NCBI GenBank assembly: GCA_963808235.1
Contig: CAWEEQ010000004.1
Span: 3,584,001-3,648,000 of the forward strand
Direction of reading: 5' to 3'
Origin: an uncultured delta proteobacterium
GTDB lineage: Bacteria > Desulfobacterota > Binatia > Binatales > Binataceae
DNA: 64,000 nucleotides
Shown here: positions 50,112-60,458 of the stretch, one piece after another
Layout of the letters: the number at the start of each line of letters is the position of its first letter
How positions within the stretch are numbered: position 1 is the first letter of the stretch
The notes under the pieces: model-generated
The model's database searches: none
What the model saw: only the letters and a program-made list of their open reading frames with translations
What the model was told of the DNA's origin: nothing
Made by a program: the position numbers and the translations under genes

Positions 50112-50730
50112 TCACCGGGCCGAGCGCGCGGTTACTGCGATTGCGATTCGGACTGCGTTTTCCATCGTCGCTAGCGGCATGCTGGGTTGGCTGCGGTGGC
50201 GGCCGGCCTGGCGCGCCTCGTAGGGCAGATGGATAAAGCCGACCGGGATGGTGGGCTTGCGGCGGAGACAATGCAGCGCCGCGTACATCAGTGCGTTGCA
50301 TGCATAAGCGCCGGCGGTCAGCGAGATGCTCGCCGGGAATGTCCTTGCGATCGAGCTCGCGGATGATGCGGCTTAGCGGCAATCGCGAGAAGTAGGCGTC
50401 GGGTCCACCGCGCACGACTGCTGCGAGTCCCGGGTCGCCGCGTTTGGCCAGCGCGCCGCGCTCGTCGGCGAGATTGATCGCGATGCGCTCCAGCGAGATC
50501 GCCGGCCTGCCGCCCGCCTCGCCCAGTCCGATCACTGCGCGCGGCCGGTAGCGCACGATTGCGCCGGTAATTCGCCGCGCCGCCTTGGCGCATCCAACCG
50601 GCACCCGCACCGACTTTATCTGCATCCCGCCGATGAGTTCGCCGTCGAGGCTGCGCGCGATTTCCCACGACGGATTGATCTGTTCGCCGCGAAACGGTTC
50701 GAAACCAGTAAGGATCAGAATTGGTGGCAT
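50112..50730 (-). CDS. pcp: Pyroglutamyl-peptidase I (one apparent frameshift near 50335)
   Basis: LTGFEPF, NPS, ERIAIN, GPDAYFSRLP; catalytic AGAYACN and GFIHLP in the shifted frame. Confidence 0.9.
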
Positions 50731-51578
50731 CAGGGATGAAACGTCTTGCGGCGCGGATGCTCTCTTGGCAGGTCGTCGCGATTGCCCCATTCGGCCCACG
50801 ACCCGAAGTAGTTCCTGACGTTCGGATAGCCCGCGGCCTTGAGCGCGATGTATGCGTGCGCGGCGCGGTATCCGCCCTGGCAATACGGCACAATCTCGGC
50901 GGCGGGATCGAGCCCGAGCGCCTCGTATTGCGCCCGCAGCTCGTCCGCGGATTTAACCGTGCCGTCGGCGGCCTGCGCCTCACTCCAGTCCTGATGGATC
51001 GCGCCGGGGATTGCGCCGCCATGTTTCGCGCGGACGCGTTCGCTGTAGTACTCGGCGTCGCTGCGCACGTCGAAGATCTGCACGTCGTGGTTGCCGATAC
51101 GTTCGAGCAGATGCGTGTACGAGGCGAGAGTTTCTGCGCGCGGCTTGAACTTGAAATCGGTGGGCGCGAATCTATCGACTTTGGCGGTCAGCTTTTCGCC
51201 GCTCGCCTTGAGTCCGCCGTCGAGCATCCGCGCTTTCGGATGTCCCGCGTATTCGAGCGCCCACGCCCCGCGCGCCGCGCGCATCCCGGAAGCATCTTCA
51301 TAGAACACTACGGTTTCGCGACCGCTGATTCCAAGTGCCGAGAATATCCATTGGAGCTGCGCGCCGAACTCCGCGACGCCGCGCTCGGAGGTATCGGTGT
51401 GATGAAACGGAAACGGATCGAAATGGCGCGCGTCTTTAAGATGACCGGCCCAGAACTCCTTGGCGGGGCGCGTATCGATCAGGACCAGGCCCGGGTCACG
51501 CCGATGCGCGCGGAGCCATCGCGAATCAACCAACATCTTCGATTTGCTGTGGGAGAGGCCGCTTTTCCCGCTCTTCAA
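50730..51578 (-). CDS. Tandem-rhodanese sulfurtransferase (start 51578 TTG or 51536 ATG)
   Basis: IDTRP, LDGG, DVRS..EY, IPGA, YCQGGYRA, YFGSWAEW. Confidence 0.9.
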   Translation of the reverse strand: MKSGKSGLSHSKSKMLVDSRWLRAHRRDPGLVLIDTRPAKEFWAGHLKDARHFDPFPFHHTDTSERGVAEFGAQLQWIFSALGISGRETVVFYEDASGMRAARGAWALEYAGHPKARMLDGGLKASGEKLTAKVDRFAPTDFKFKPRAETLASYTHLLERIGNHDVQIFDVRSDAEYYSERVRAKHGGAIPGAIHQDWSEAQAADGTVKSADELRAQYEALGLDPAAEIVPYCQGGYRAAHAYIALKAAGYPNVRNYFGSWAEWGNRDDLPREHPRRKTFHP

Positions 51579-51627
51579 GTCACCTCCGCAATTCTTTCCG
51601 AACACCTGACCCGCAATATGCGGATCT

Positions 51628-52710
51628 CTATCGATCGATCCCGACCGCATCACCAATAGAACGAAATCCGTCGCGATGGAGCAAGTCGGCGAGTCCGGAC
51701 TTGATTTTGCCGACCAGCGCCGGACCCTCGTAGACAAGGCCCGTGTACAGCTCGACGAGCGAGGCGCCGGCACGAATATGCAGCCACGCATCCTCGGCGC
51801 TCGCGACTCCGCCGACGCCGATGATCGGGAGTTGTCCGCGGGTGTGAGTAAAGATGTCGCGGATCAGCTCGCGCGCGCGAGTCTTGAGTGGCGGCCCGCT
51901 GAGTCCGCCGGGGTGCATCGAGGATACGCCCACGGCGGCTCGTGCAATGGTTGTGTTGCAGGCCACGATTCCATCGAGCTTCAGCTCGCGCGCGGTATCG
52001 CAGATGTGAAACAGATCGTTGCGTTCCAGATCCGGCGCAACCTTCAGCAAAATCGGGGTCCGCTCCACCGCTTCGGCGGCGCTCTCGCGCATCGCGTCGA
52101 AAATCTCGCGCATTTTCTCCGGCGACTGCCAGTTGCGAAGCCCCGGGGTATTCGGCGAGCTCACGTTGATCACCACAAAGTCCGCAAGCGCGCCTGCCCT
52201 CGCCATCAACGATGCGTAGTCCGCGGCGACATGATCCGGCGCCGTGTCCTTGTTCGGACCGAAGTTGAGCCCGAGGCGAATCTTGGTCCGGTTTTTTCGA
52301 AGCCGCTCGATTCGCCGCGCAAACGCTTCCATGCCTGCGCTCGGGAAACCAAGGTTGTTGATCAGCGCGCGCCGCTCGCGGACGCGCCAGATGCGCGGCA
52401 GTTCATTTCCCGGCTGGGGCAGCGGGGTAACCGTTCCAAGCTCGGCAAATCCGAATCCAAGCGTCTGCCATCCACCGACCGCAACGGCGTCCTTGTCCAT
52501 CCCAGCCGCAAGGCCGATGGGATTGGAAAAACTCATCCCCCACAGCTTGACGCCGAGCTCGGGCGGATCCTTGCTTGAAACCGCCGGCACCGCCGAGAGC
52601 ATCGCGAGCGTCATGCGATGCGCCGTTTCAGCGTCGAGGCCAAACAGGTACGGCCGGAGCATCCAGCGGTAGACTGCATCAAGGGTCGAAACAGGTCTGA
52701 TTAGCGGCAC
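51628..52710 (-). CDS. pyrD: Quinone-dependent dihydroorotate dehydrogenase (start approximate)
   Basis: NPIGLAAGMDK, NVSSPNTPGLR, LKVAPDL, GGLSG, IGVGGV. Confidence 0.95.
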   Translation of the reverse strand: MPLIRPVSTLDAVYRWMLRPYLFGLDAETAHRMTLAMLSAVPAVSSKDPPELGVKLWGMSFSNPIGLAAGMDKDAVAVGGWQTLGFGFAELGTVTPLPQPGNELPRIWRVRERRALINNLGFPSAGMEAFARRIERLRKNRTKIRLGLNFGPNKDTAPDHVAADYASLMARAGALADFVVINVSSPNTPGLRNWQSPEKMREIFDAMRESAAEAVERTPILLKVAPDLERNDLFHICDTARELKLDGIVACNTTIARAAVGVSSMHPGGLSGPPLKTRARELIRDIFTHTRGQLPIIGVGGVASAEDAWLHIRAGASLVELYTGLVYEGPALVGKIKSGLADLLHRDGFRSIGDAVGIDR

Positions 52711-52867
52711 TGCACAGGCAATCTTGCAGTGCGGCAGGTGTGGCGCAAACGCGCGGGTGTGGATGGAAGAGAGGCGGACCTGATGCAGTGGGGCCGCGGC
52801 TTGGAATAAGATTGACTCAGGGACTTGGCTCAAGACAGAGCGAATCTCCGGGAGCGTCGAGGAACGA

Positions 52868-53695
52868 GTGGACAACCAGGCAAAGATGCAGGTGAAGTTG
52901 ATCGACTATGCTCAGCAGCCGCTGGAGAAGCTCTACGCGGCGTTTCGCACCTGTTATTCCTCCGACACGCCGATCGAAGTCTGGGAGAAGATCCGGTCGG
53001 AGAAGATCACCCACGAAAAAATCCGCGACTTCATCACCGAGCGGCTGAAGACCGGGCACGCGTCGCCGCTGGAGCAGATCGTTTTCTGGTTCGGGATCGC
53101 AAACGTGTCGCGTTCGCTGTCGCATCAGTTCGTGCGCCATCGGATCGGAATCAGTTTCGAGCAGCAGAGTCAGCGTTACGTGAAATTCAAGCAGGACAAG
53201 CTCGCGTTCGTGCTGCCGGACTCGTGGGCGCGGGCCGGGCTCGAAGATGAATTTTCGGAACTGCTCGCGAAGACGTCGGAACTGTATGCGCGGGCGCTCA
53301 AGGCAGGGATTCCCGCCGAGGATGCGCGCTTCGTACTGCCCAACGCCGCGCCGACGAATTTTCACGTGATGGTGAATTTCGCCGAGATGCTGCACATCTG
53401 CGATCTCCGTCTGTGCCTGCGCGCGCAATGGGAAATTCGCCGGATGGTCGCGATGATGCGCGCGGAAATCCGCCGTGCGCTCCCGGAAATCGCGGTCTTC
53501 CTGCAACCAAAATGCGGCGAAAACCGGATGGGCTACTGCGACGAATCACTCGACGAATACAAAAAATGCCCGCTCAGCAAGGCGCGCCCGCATAAGTCGA
53601 GCCTGTTCGAGCTCTACGAGAAATTCGGCACCCGCAAGGCGCAGGCGCTGGGCGAGGCCGAGTACCGCGCGGTCGAGGAAGTCGAGCAACTGTAG
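52868..53695 (+). CDS. thyX: FAD-dependent thymidylate synthase
   Basis: HASPLE, HQFVRHRIGISFEQQSQRY, EDARFVLP, RAQWEIR. Confidence 0.95.
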   Translation: MDNQAKMQVKLIDYAQQPLEKLYAAFRTCYSSDTPIEVWEKIRSEKITHEKIRDFITERLKTGHASPLEQIVFWFGIANVSRSLSHQFVRHRIGISFEQQSQRYVKFKQDKLAFVLPDSWARAGLEDEFSELLAKTSELYARALKAGIPAEDARFVLPNAAPTNFHVMVNFAEMLHICDLRLCLRAQWEIRRMVAMMRAEIRRALPEIAVFLQPKCGENRMGYCDESLDEYKKCPLSKARPHKSSLFELYEKFGTRKAQALGEAEYRAVEEVEQL

Positions 53696-53707
53696 TCTTC
53701 CGCAAAC

Positions 53708-54109
53708 GTGAGTGACGATTCCCAATCGGCGACGATCGACGACGCGATCGCCGCCTTCAACCGCAGCGAATATTTCGAAGCAGCGGAGATGTTCGAGCTT
53801 GCCGCGCGCGCGGGCGACGGCGAGTTGAAGGATCTCGCCGTCGCACTCAATCGGATTGCCGCCGCGCTTCATCTCCGTTTCGAGCGCGGCGGCCGGCAAT
53901 CGTCGATCAACCTGCTCTCCCAGGCGATGCTCTCCCTCGACGACATGAGACCCAGCCGCGGCGGCATCAACGTCGAGCGTCTATACGCTGAACTCGCCGC
54001 CTACACCGAAGAGATGCGCGCGAGTCCACGCGCCGAGCGTGACGGCCTGAAGCATCGCGCGCGGATGTTCCTCGAACGGCGGCGGGCCCCAAAAATCAAC
54101 CTGCGATAA
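53708..54109 (+). CDS. DUF309-like helical protein
   Basis: FN..EYFEA.E.FE motif. Confidence 0.65.
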   Translation: MSDDSQSATIDDAIAAFNRSEYFEAAEMFELAARAGDGELKDLAVALNRIAAALHLRFERGGRQSSINLLSQAMLSLDDMRPSRGGINVERLYAELAAYTEEMRASPRAERDGLKHRARMFLERRRAPKINLR

Positions 54110-54129
54110 GCAGGAATCGTGCGCATGCC

Positions 54130-54173
54130 GTGTGTATCCAGGCATTGCCGAGTGCGTAAAAAGTGTGTATTGT
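54130..54173 (+). promoter_or_regulatory. hicAB promoter with candidate HicB operator repeats
   Basis: TTGCCG-N17-TATTGT; GTGTGTAT/GTGCGTAA/GTGTGTAT at 54130, 54152 and 54163. Confidence 0.55.
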
Positions 54174-54187
54174 GATGAAGGCCGGCG

Positions 54188-54376
54188 ATGAATAGCCGGG
54201 ACGTGATTAAGGAACTGAAGAAGGATGGCTGGTACGAGGTCCATCAGGTCGGCAGCCACAAACAGTTTAAGCACCCCACTAAAAAAGGCCGTGTTACGGT
54301 ACCATACCCGAGCAGGGATATACCGCTCGGAACTCTCAAGAGCATCGAAAAACAAGCCGGGTTCAAACTGAGCTGA
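54188..54376 (+). CDS. hicA: HicA-family mRNA interferase toxin
   Basis: 62 aa; L...GW, GSH.QFKHP, VTVP, GTLKSI.KQAG. Confidence 0.93.
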   Translation: MNSRDVIKELKKDGWYEVHQVGSHKQFKHPTKKGRVTVPYPSRDIPLGTLKSIEKQAGFKLS

Positions 54377-54852
54377 TGCGGCCCGCAAAGGACCGAGACA
54401 TGGACTACATTGCGTATCTACATAAGGATCAGGATTCGGATTTCGGCGTCAGCTTCCCGGACTTTCCAGGTTGCGTAAGCGCCGGCAAGACGCTCGAGCA
54501 AGCGCGCCGGATGGCGGCTGAAGCTCTGGCGATGCATATCGCGGGCATCATCGAAGATGGTGAAGTCGTGCCAGCGCCTTCAAACCTGGACGACTTGAAA
54601 AACGATCCGAACATGAAGGATGCCGTGGCAGTTCTGATCAGCGTCGAACCGCCAGCGGAAAAAACCGTGCGTATCAATATCACCGCGCGCGAAAGCCAGC
54701 TCGAAGCTATCGACCATCTGGCTAACAAGGCCGGTCTGACGCGTTCCGCCTTTATGGTGCAGTCCTCTCTGAACCGCTTCGGACCGAATGGATCGAAGAC
54801 GCGCCGCCGCGCAGTCTCAAGACGATCGCCCCCGGCCAGGGCGAGAAAGTAG
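54376..54852 (+). CDS. hicB: HicB-family antitoxin with C-terminal RHH (start 54376 or 54400)
   Basis: GVSFPDFPGC.SAG.T, RINIT, ID..A...G.TRSAF. Confidence 0.93.
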   Translation: MRPAKDRDMDYIAYLHKDQDSDFGVSFPDFPGCVSAGKTLEQARRMAAEALAMHIAGIIEDGEVVPAPSNLDDLKNDPNMKDAVAVLISVEPPAEKTVRINITARESQLEAIDHLANKAGLTRSAFMVQSSLNRFGPNGSKTRRRAVSRRSPPARARK

Positions 54853-55725
54853 ATGCCCCTCACACAGGAACAGATCTCCGACGGCCTCAAGCGCGCGCGC
54901 TACATCACCAACGAGCGCGTCCAGACGGCGATCTTTCTTGCGCTGGCGCTTGAGAAGCCGCTCTTGATCGAGGGTCCCGCGGGCTCGGGCAAAACCGAGG
55001 TCGCGAAAGTGCTCGCCGAAATCCTGCACACCGATCTGATCCGTCTCCAATGTTACGAGGGCCTAGACGAGGCGCGCGCGCTCTACGAATGGAACTATCA
55101 GAAACAATTGTTGCGGATGCAGGCCGACGAGCAGCAGGGGCTCCGCTGGGAAGAATTGAGCGAGCATATCTTTTCGCGCGACTACCTGCTCGAGCGCCCG
55201 CTGCTGAAGGCGATAACCGCGCCGCGCCGAATCGTGTTGCTGATCGACGAGATCGACAAGGCCGACGAAGAGTTCGAGGCTTTTCTGCTCGAATTGCTTT
55301 CGGACTTCCAGATTAGCGTGCCCGAGCTCGGAACCTTGAAAGCCCGCGAGCGGCCGGCTGTGATCCTGACGTCGAATCGCGCGCGCGAACTGTCGGAGGC
55401 GCTGCGTCGCCGATGCCTGCATTTGTTCATCGACTTTCCCGGTATCGAGCAGGAACGAAAAATAATCGAGCTCAAGGTGCCCGAACTGGACGCCAAGCTC
55501 GCGGCCGAAGCGGCGCGCTTTGTCGGCGCGATTAGAAAACTCGGACTACGCAAGCCGCCTTCGATCGCCGAGACGCTCGACTGGGCGCGGGCGCTGATGC
55601 GGCTCGGTGTGCGCGAACTCGACACCGACGCGGTTCGCGCCGCACTCGGCGTATTGCTCAAGCACGAGGACGATCGCGCCAAGGTCGAGTCGAAAGCCTC
55701 GACGCTGGCGCCGCGCGCGCGTTGA
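54853..55725 (+). CDS. MoxR-family AAA+ ATPase (CoxD-like)
   Basis: EGPAGSGKT, RLQCYEGLD, LIDEIDKAD, EALRRRC. Confidence 0.93.
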   Translation: MPLTQEQISDGLKRARYITNERVQTAIFLALALEKPLLIEGPAGSGKTEVAKVLAEILHTDLIRLQCYEGLDEARALYEWNYQKQLLRMQADEQQGLRWEELSEHIFSRDYLLERPLLKAITAPRRIVLLIDEIDKADEEFEAFLLELLSDFQISVPELGTLKARERPAVILTSNRARELSEALRRRCLHLFIDFPGIEQERKIIELKVPELDAKLAAEAARFVGAIRKLGLRKPPSIAETLDWARALMRLGVRELDTDAVRAALGVLLKHEDDRAKVESKASTLAPRAR

Positions 55726-55757
55726 GTCACGATCAGATGAATCTTGCCGGTAATTAG

Positions 55758-57029
55758 ATGGCTGCGCTTCGCGAGCAGCTGGTTAGTTTCATCGCCGGGC
55801 TGCGCTCGGCCGGGGTCAGAGTCTCGGTCGCGGAATCGATCGACGCGATGAACGCGGTCGCGGCGGCCGGAATCGAGCGGGTCCGCATGCGCGAGGCGCT
55901 CGCGGCGGCGTTGATCAAGGACGAAGCCGACCGCGGTATTTTTGACGAATCGTTCAGCCACTTTTTCGGCGCGCCAGCACGCGAGCGCGGCGAGCATCCG
56001 GACAATCGAGGCGCTCAGGTCTCGGCTGCGAGCGGTCGCGGCCGCCCCGGCGAAAATCCGACGACGCGCGACGACCCACCGCCGCGGAAATCCGAGCAGC
56101 CGCGCGACGGTGCCGCCTCGGATCCCAAGGATTCTCAGGCGCAGTCGGTAAAGAAAATTCCGTCGGCAGGTCGCAAGGAGCCAGCACCGAATTCAGAACA
56201 GGTCGAGGGCGCAAAGCAAGCCGGCGCCGAGCGAGAGCGCGATCATCACGAGCGTGGCGAAGCGGAACCCCGCGCGGAGTCGGAAGCTTCTCGAATCGAG
56301 GCGGCGCGGATTGCGCGAGTCCATGCAATCGGGCGGATGCCGTTCGAGAAGTTTTCCGACCTCGACTACGATGAAGCGCGCGAAGCTCTCGCGCCGCTTG
56401 TCCGGCGCTTCCGAATTCGACTGGGCAGGCGGCTGGCGCTGGCGCGGAGCGGCAGAATCGATTTTCGGCGTACGATCCGCGCGGGCCTGCAACGCGGCGG
56501 CGTGTTTGTCGATCTCAACTTCCGTGCGCGCCGGCCGCGCCATGTCGATCTCGTGATCCTTGCCGACGTCTCGGGATCGGTCCGCTATGCCGCGCAGCTC
56601 ATGCTCGAATTAGTCGCCGGCGCGTCGGGATGCTTTCGCCGGGTCAGCAGCTTCGTTTTCGTGGATCATCTGGCCGAAGCCTCCTTCGAGGAGCGCCATC
56701 TGGTCATGATGCCGGCGCTCGACTTGTACGCGCGCTCAGACTTCGGCCGCGTGCTCGGCGAGCTATGGGCGCGGCGATCGGGATTGCTCACGCGTGCGAC
56801 CATCGTGGTGATCATGGGCGACGGGCGTAACAATCGTCTTCCGGCGCGCGCCGACCTGGTCCGCGAAATTGCGCGAACCTGCCGCGCCGTGGTTTGGCTC
56901 AACCCGGAAGATCCGGAGCGATGGGGCACCGGCGACAGCGCGATCAAACAGTACGCACGGGAAGTGAACGCGCTGGTACCGTCGCGCAATCTACGCGAGC
57001 TTCAGGCGGCGCTGGTGAGAATCGCGTGA
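55758..57029 (+). CDS. VWA-domain CoxE-like protein
   Basis: IDFRRTIR, MIDAS DVSGS, SDFG, GDGRNN, WLNPE. Confidence 0.88.
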   Translation: MAALREQLVSFIAGLRSAGVRVSVAESIDAMNAVAAAGIERVRMREALAAALIKDEADRGIFDESFSHFFGAPARERGEHPDNRGAQVSAASGRGRPGENPTTRDDPPPRKSEQPRDGAASDPKDSQAQSVKKIPSAGRKEPAPNSEQVEGAKQAGAERERDHHERGEAEPRAESEASRIEAARIARVHAIGRMPFEKFSDLDYDEAREALAPLVRRFRIRLGRRLALARSGRIDFRRTIRAGLQRGGVFVDLNFRARRPRHVDLVILADVSGSVRYAAQLMLELVAGASGCFRRVSSFVFVDHLAEASFEERHLVMMPALDLYARSDFGRVLGELWARRSGLLTRATIVVIMGDGRNNRLPARADLVREIARTCRAVVWLNPEDPERWGTGDSAIKQYAREVNALVPSRNLRELQAALVRIA

Positions 57030-57044
57030 GTGGCGCTCAGAATC

Positions 57045-58559
57045 CTAAATTTCCTCGATGTCGAATAGCTCGCGCATTTTCGCAAGCAGCCATCGATGCG
57101 GACCGCCTTTGCCGTTGAACGAATCGCCGGCCGACATCTTTGCGAGTCGATCCTCGTTGCGCGCGGCGATGATATCGCCGATTGCGGAGGCTGCGGCGGG
57201 ATGCTCCTTGAACAGACGCGTAAAGCCCTCGCGATCCATCTCGATGACTTCGACGTCGCTTATCGCGCGTACGCTCAAGGTGCGCGGTTCGCCGGTCATC
57301 AGCGCCATCTCGCCGGTGAAGTCTCCGCGCACGTAGTTGGCGATATGGCGGTTTTGGCCGTCAGCGGTGTGCCCGAAGAGTTCGGCGGTTCCGCTGCGGA
57401 AGATGAACATCGAATCGCCTTGTTCGCCCTGGCGGATCAGCAACTCGCCGGCGCCGAACTGGCGGACGGCGACACTGGGGACCAGCACCCGAAGCTCCTC
57501 GTCATTGAGGCCGCGCAGCCAATCAACCTGGCGCAAGTCGCCCATCAGCTCGCGCTCGAACGCGACATCTGCACGTGCTTCTTCGTCGCGGCCCGCGTCG
57601 CGCACATGAACCGTGCGAGTCGGAAATGGAATCTCGATTGAATGGCGTCTGAGCGCGTACCACAGGCTTGACGCGACCCGATCGCGCACGTACTCGACCA
57701 CGCCGTAGTCCGAGAGCCAATACCTGATCCGATATTGAATCGAGAAATCGCCGTAATCCCACGCGAAAACTTCCGGCGAGGGAGTGTGCAATATCTGCGG
57801 CACGTCGCGCAGAAGGGTGAGCACGACCTCGCGCACGTGATTGGGCGGCACACCGTAGCTGAGTCCGATCACGATCTCCTCGCGCACGGCGCCGGTCGCG
57901 TAGTTGAACAGCACGTCCTTCGCGATCACGGAGTTGGGTATCTCGAGCCGCTCGTTGGCGCGAGTCACTATCGTCGTTGCGCGCCATGCGATTCCCTTGA
58001 CCTGGCCGACGTGCTGTCCGCTCCGGATCCAGTCGCCGGGCTCGAACGGATGACCCATCGAGAGCGAAAGCCCGCTGAAGACGTTGCCCAGCGTCTCCTG
58101 CAAAGCGAAGCCGAGTACCGCGGCGGCCACAGTGGTAGTGGTGAGGATCGAGACCGGAGACACGCCAAAATCCGTGTACAGCACAGCCATCAGCACCGCG
58201 AACCAGAGCCCGAGCATCAACAGCTCTTTGCCGATGGTGGAGAAATGAACCTTGCCGCGGCGCGCTAACGCATCGACAAACTCGAGCACGAACCGGATCA
58301 CGCCGAACAGAAAAAGCACGAACGCCGCGACCGCGACCTTATCGCCGATCGCGGAATTGGGAAGAAAGCGCGAACCCGAGTCAATCAGCACGCTGCCCGC
58401 GAGCAGGAGGAAGGTGGTGGAGGTTACCGGGCGCTTGCGCCGGCGCACCGCGAATGCGCCGAGCAGAGCGGCGATCACCAGTATGGTTTCGGTAAAATCG
58501 CGGAGCTCGCGATGCAGCCCGTTCAATCCGAGCACGTTTTGAAGCGGGGTCGGCGCCAT
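57045..58559 (-). CDS. MscS-family channel with C-terminal cNMP-binding domain (bCNG-like)
   Basis: GFALQETLGN, PFEPGDWI, IEIPFP, GEQGDS, GEMALMTGEPRT. Confidence 0.9.
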   Translation of the reverse strand: MAPTPLQNVLGLNGLHRELRDFTETILVIAALLGAFAVRRRKRPVTSTTFLLLAGSVLIDSGSRFLPNSAIGDKVAVAAFVLFLFGVIRFVLEFVDALARRGKVHFSTIGKELLMLGLWFAVLMAVLYTDFGVSPVSILTTTTVAAAVLGFALQETLGNVFSGLSLSMGHPFEPGDWIRSGQHVGQVKGIAWRATTIVTRANERLEIPNSVIAKDVLFNYATGAVREEIVIGLSYGVPPNHVREVVLTLLRDVPQILHTPSPEVFAWDYGDFSIQYRIRYWLSDYGVVEYVRDRVASSLWYALRRHSIEIPFPTRTVHVRDAGRDEEARADVAFERELMGDLRQVDWLRGLNDEELRVLVPSVAVRQFGAGELLIRQGEQGDSMFIFRSGTAELFGHTADGQNRHIANYVRGDFTGEMALMTGEPRTLSVRAISDVEVIEMDREGFTRLFKEHPAAASAIGDIIAARNEDRLAKMSAGDSFNGKGGPHRWLLAKMRELFDIEEI

Positions 58560-58562
58560 CTC

Positions 58563-59792
58563 TTAGATTCCTGCGGCCTCCGCGATTTCGTCAAGCAGCT
58601 TCGCTGCGTCGAAATACTCGACCGCTATCTCGCGTGCCGCCCGCGCGTGGCGCGGATAGTCGGCGTTGATTGCGCGAATTGCATCTACCGCCTGGTCCGG
58701 CGTATCGAAGCCGAGCAATCCTTCGCCGGTGGGAATAAACTTTTCGAAACCGGTCCGCTGCGTGACGACCGGACGCCCGGCTGCCAAATAGCACACGGTG
58801 CGATCGCTGAACCATCCCGTACGCGGCCGCACGTAGATATCTTTGGCCACGGTGAATTCACCGCGCGATCGGCTGACGTAGTCGCGGTAGTCATCAACGT
58901 CGAGCGACATAGGAACCGCCGGGGTGATGCTGAAGCCGCCGGCAACTGCGCGGTCATAATCGGGTCCGGAAGTCAGGTTGGTCGCGAGCTCGATCGGTTG
59001 TCCCGCGCGAGCAGCCACCTCGAGCGCGTCGCGGAAATTCACGTGCTTGGACCAGTAGTAGGTCTTGCCCGCGATTTCCATGTCGCTGCCGTTATTCTGC
59101 CAGGTACCGACAGTAGTGAACGAACGCGGCTCGACGGGCCCGACGCCCGGATGCCACTCCTCGAGGTTCACCGGCGGCCGCGTAGGATGCCAGTCGAGGT
59201 CGGCCGCGGGAAGCAGGCAATCGGGCGCTCCGATATTGTAGCAGTAAGTAAAAAACAGCTTGTGAGATTTCGCAAACTCCAGCGCGGTGGGAATCTTGCG
59301 CGAAACTTCGAGCTGCAGTACGCCCGGATCGGTCTCGAGGTAAATGAGGCATCGGTTCTGCTCATGCTCGGCACGCGGCTCAGTCGCGCCGCAAAGATTC
59401 ACGATCGCGTCGGCATCGCGAAACAGTTCCATGCATCGCTCGCGCGACATGCCGACGTACTCCTCGCGCACCGAATCGAGGAACGCCCAGCGCCCGCCGA
59501 AGCCGTAGCGATCGAGCACGCCGCCCAGCACTTTCAGATTGCGCGAAGGATCGCTCGTGGTGCTTTCGATAGTCGGATCGTAGACGTGGGCGCGGTGATC
59601 CTCGACGTAGTAAACGTCCAGGCCGAGCTGTCTGAACCCGACGAGATGGTGAATCAATTGCCAGATCACTCCAGCAAAGGGGTATCGTGCCGCCAGATGC
59701 AGTACGACGATTTTGCCCTTGCGCTTGCCCTTCACCTTTTGCGCGACGATCTTAGCGCGCGCTCCGGCAACATTATAGGTGGCCGCGGCCAC
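58563..59792 (-). CDS. Putative GT-B glycosyltransferase
   Basis: GFRQLGLDVYYVED, TGWFSDRTVCYLAAGRPVVTQ.TGF. Confidence 0.7.
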   Translation of the reverse strand: MAAATYNVAGARAKIVAQKVKGKRKGKIVVLHLAARYPFAGVIWQLIHHLVGFRQLGLDVYYVEDHRAHVYDPTIESTTSDPSRNLKVLGGVLDRYGFGGRWAFLDSVREEYVGMSRERCMELFRDADAIVNLCGATEPRAEHEQNRCLIYLETDPGVLQLEVSRKIPTALEFAKSHKLFFTYCYNIGAPDCLLPAADLDWHPTRPPVNLEEWHPGVGPVEPRSFTTVGTWQNNGSDMEIAGKTYYWSKHVNFRDALEVAARAGQPIELATNLTSGPDYDRAVAGGFSITPAVPMSLDVDDYRDYVSRSRGEFTVAKDIYVRPRTGWFSDRTVCYLAAGRPVVTQRTGFEKFIPTGEGLLGFDTPDQAVDAIRAINADYPRHARAAREIAVEYFDAAKLLDEIAEAAGI

Positions 59793-60411
59793 CGGCGGCT
59801 ATCCGCGCCAGGTCGTCATGCAGCTTCGTTAGCGCCACTCGCCGCTGGCTGATTTTCGCCTCTTCCTCGTCGCCGAGTTCGCCCACAAAGCGATTGCGTT
59901 CGGGCATAAAAAGGACCGCGCGGTATGGAAATCCCGCCCGGATTTGCGGATGGGCACGCTCGGCGATCACACCTTCGATCGTAGCCTCGGCGATACGCTC
60001 GCGGACTTGGCCGCCGGCGTCGTCGTAAATCAATGCGGTCGCGGCGCGAAGCCTCGCGCTACGCCGCCCTGCCGGAACGTCCTTCATCCGGCGGATCACC
60101 TCGTCGACCAGGGCCTGATCGGAATCGTCGCCGCCTGAGTTGAGCCATCGATGCGATCTGACGCCGGGCTCGCCGCCCAGCGCGTCGATCTCGAGTCCGC
60201 CGTCGTCAGCGAGCGTCGCAGTGCCCGCGCGCTCAAAATAAAAACGCGCTTTGATAAGCGCGTTCTCCGCGAAGGTCGCGCCCGATTCCTCCGGCGCGTC
60301 GGTTATTCCAATCTCGGCGAGCGAGACAAGTTCCAGCGCGAGATCGCGCAGCAGCAAACGATACTCGGAGAGTTTCGCCGGATTGGTCGTCGCGATAAGG
60401 AGGCGCTTCAT
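59773..60411 (-). CDS. rdgB: Non-canonical purine NTP pyrophosphatase (HAM1/RdgB family)
   Basis: [38 protein letters not shown]; C-terminal ISQR variant of SHR. Confidence 0.88.
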   Translation of the reverse strand: MKRLLIATTNPAKLSEYRLLLRDLALELVSLAEIGITDAPEESGATFAENALIKARFYFERAGTATLADDGGLEIDALGGEPGVRSHRWLNSGGDDSDQALVDEVIRRMKDVPAGRRSARLRAATALIYDDAGGQVRERIAEATIEGVIAERAHPQIRAGFPYRAVLFMPERNRFVGELGDEEEAKISQRRVALTKLHDDLARIAAGGRGHL

Positions 60412-60458
60412 TGCTTCCGCCTGAATTTGGCGTGGATTGATGCGCCCGTCATGCCGGC

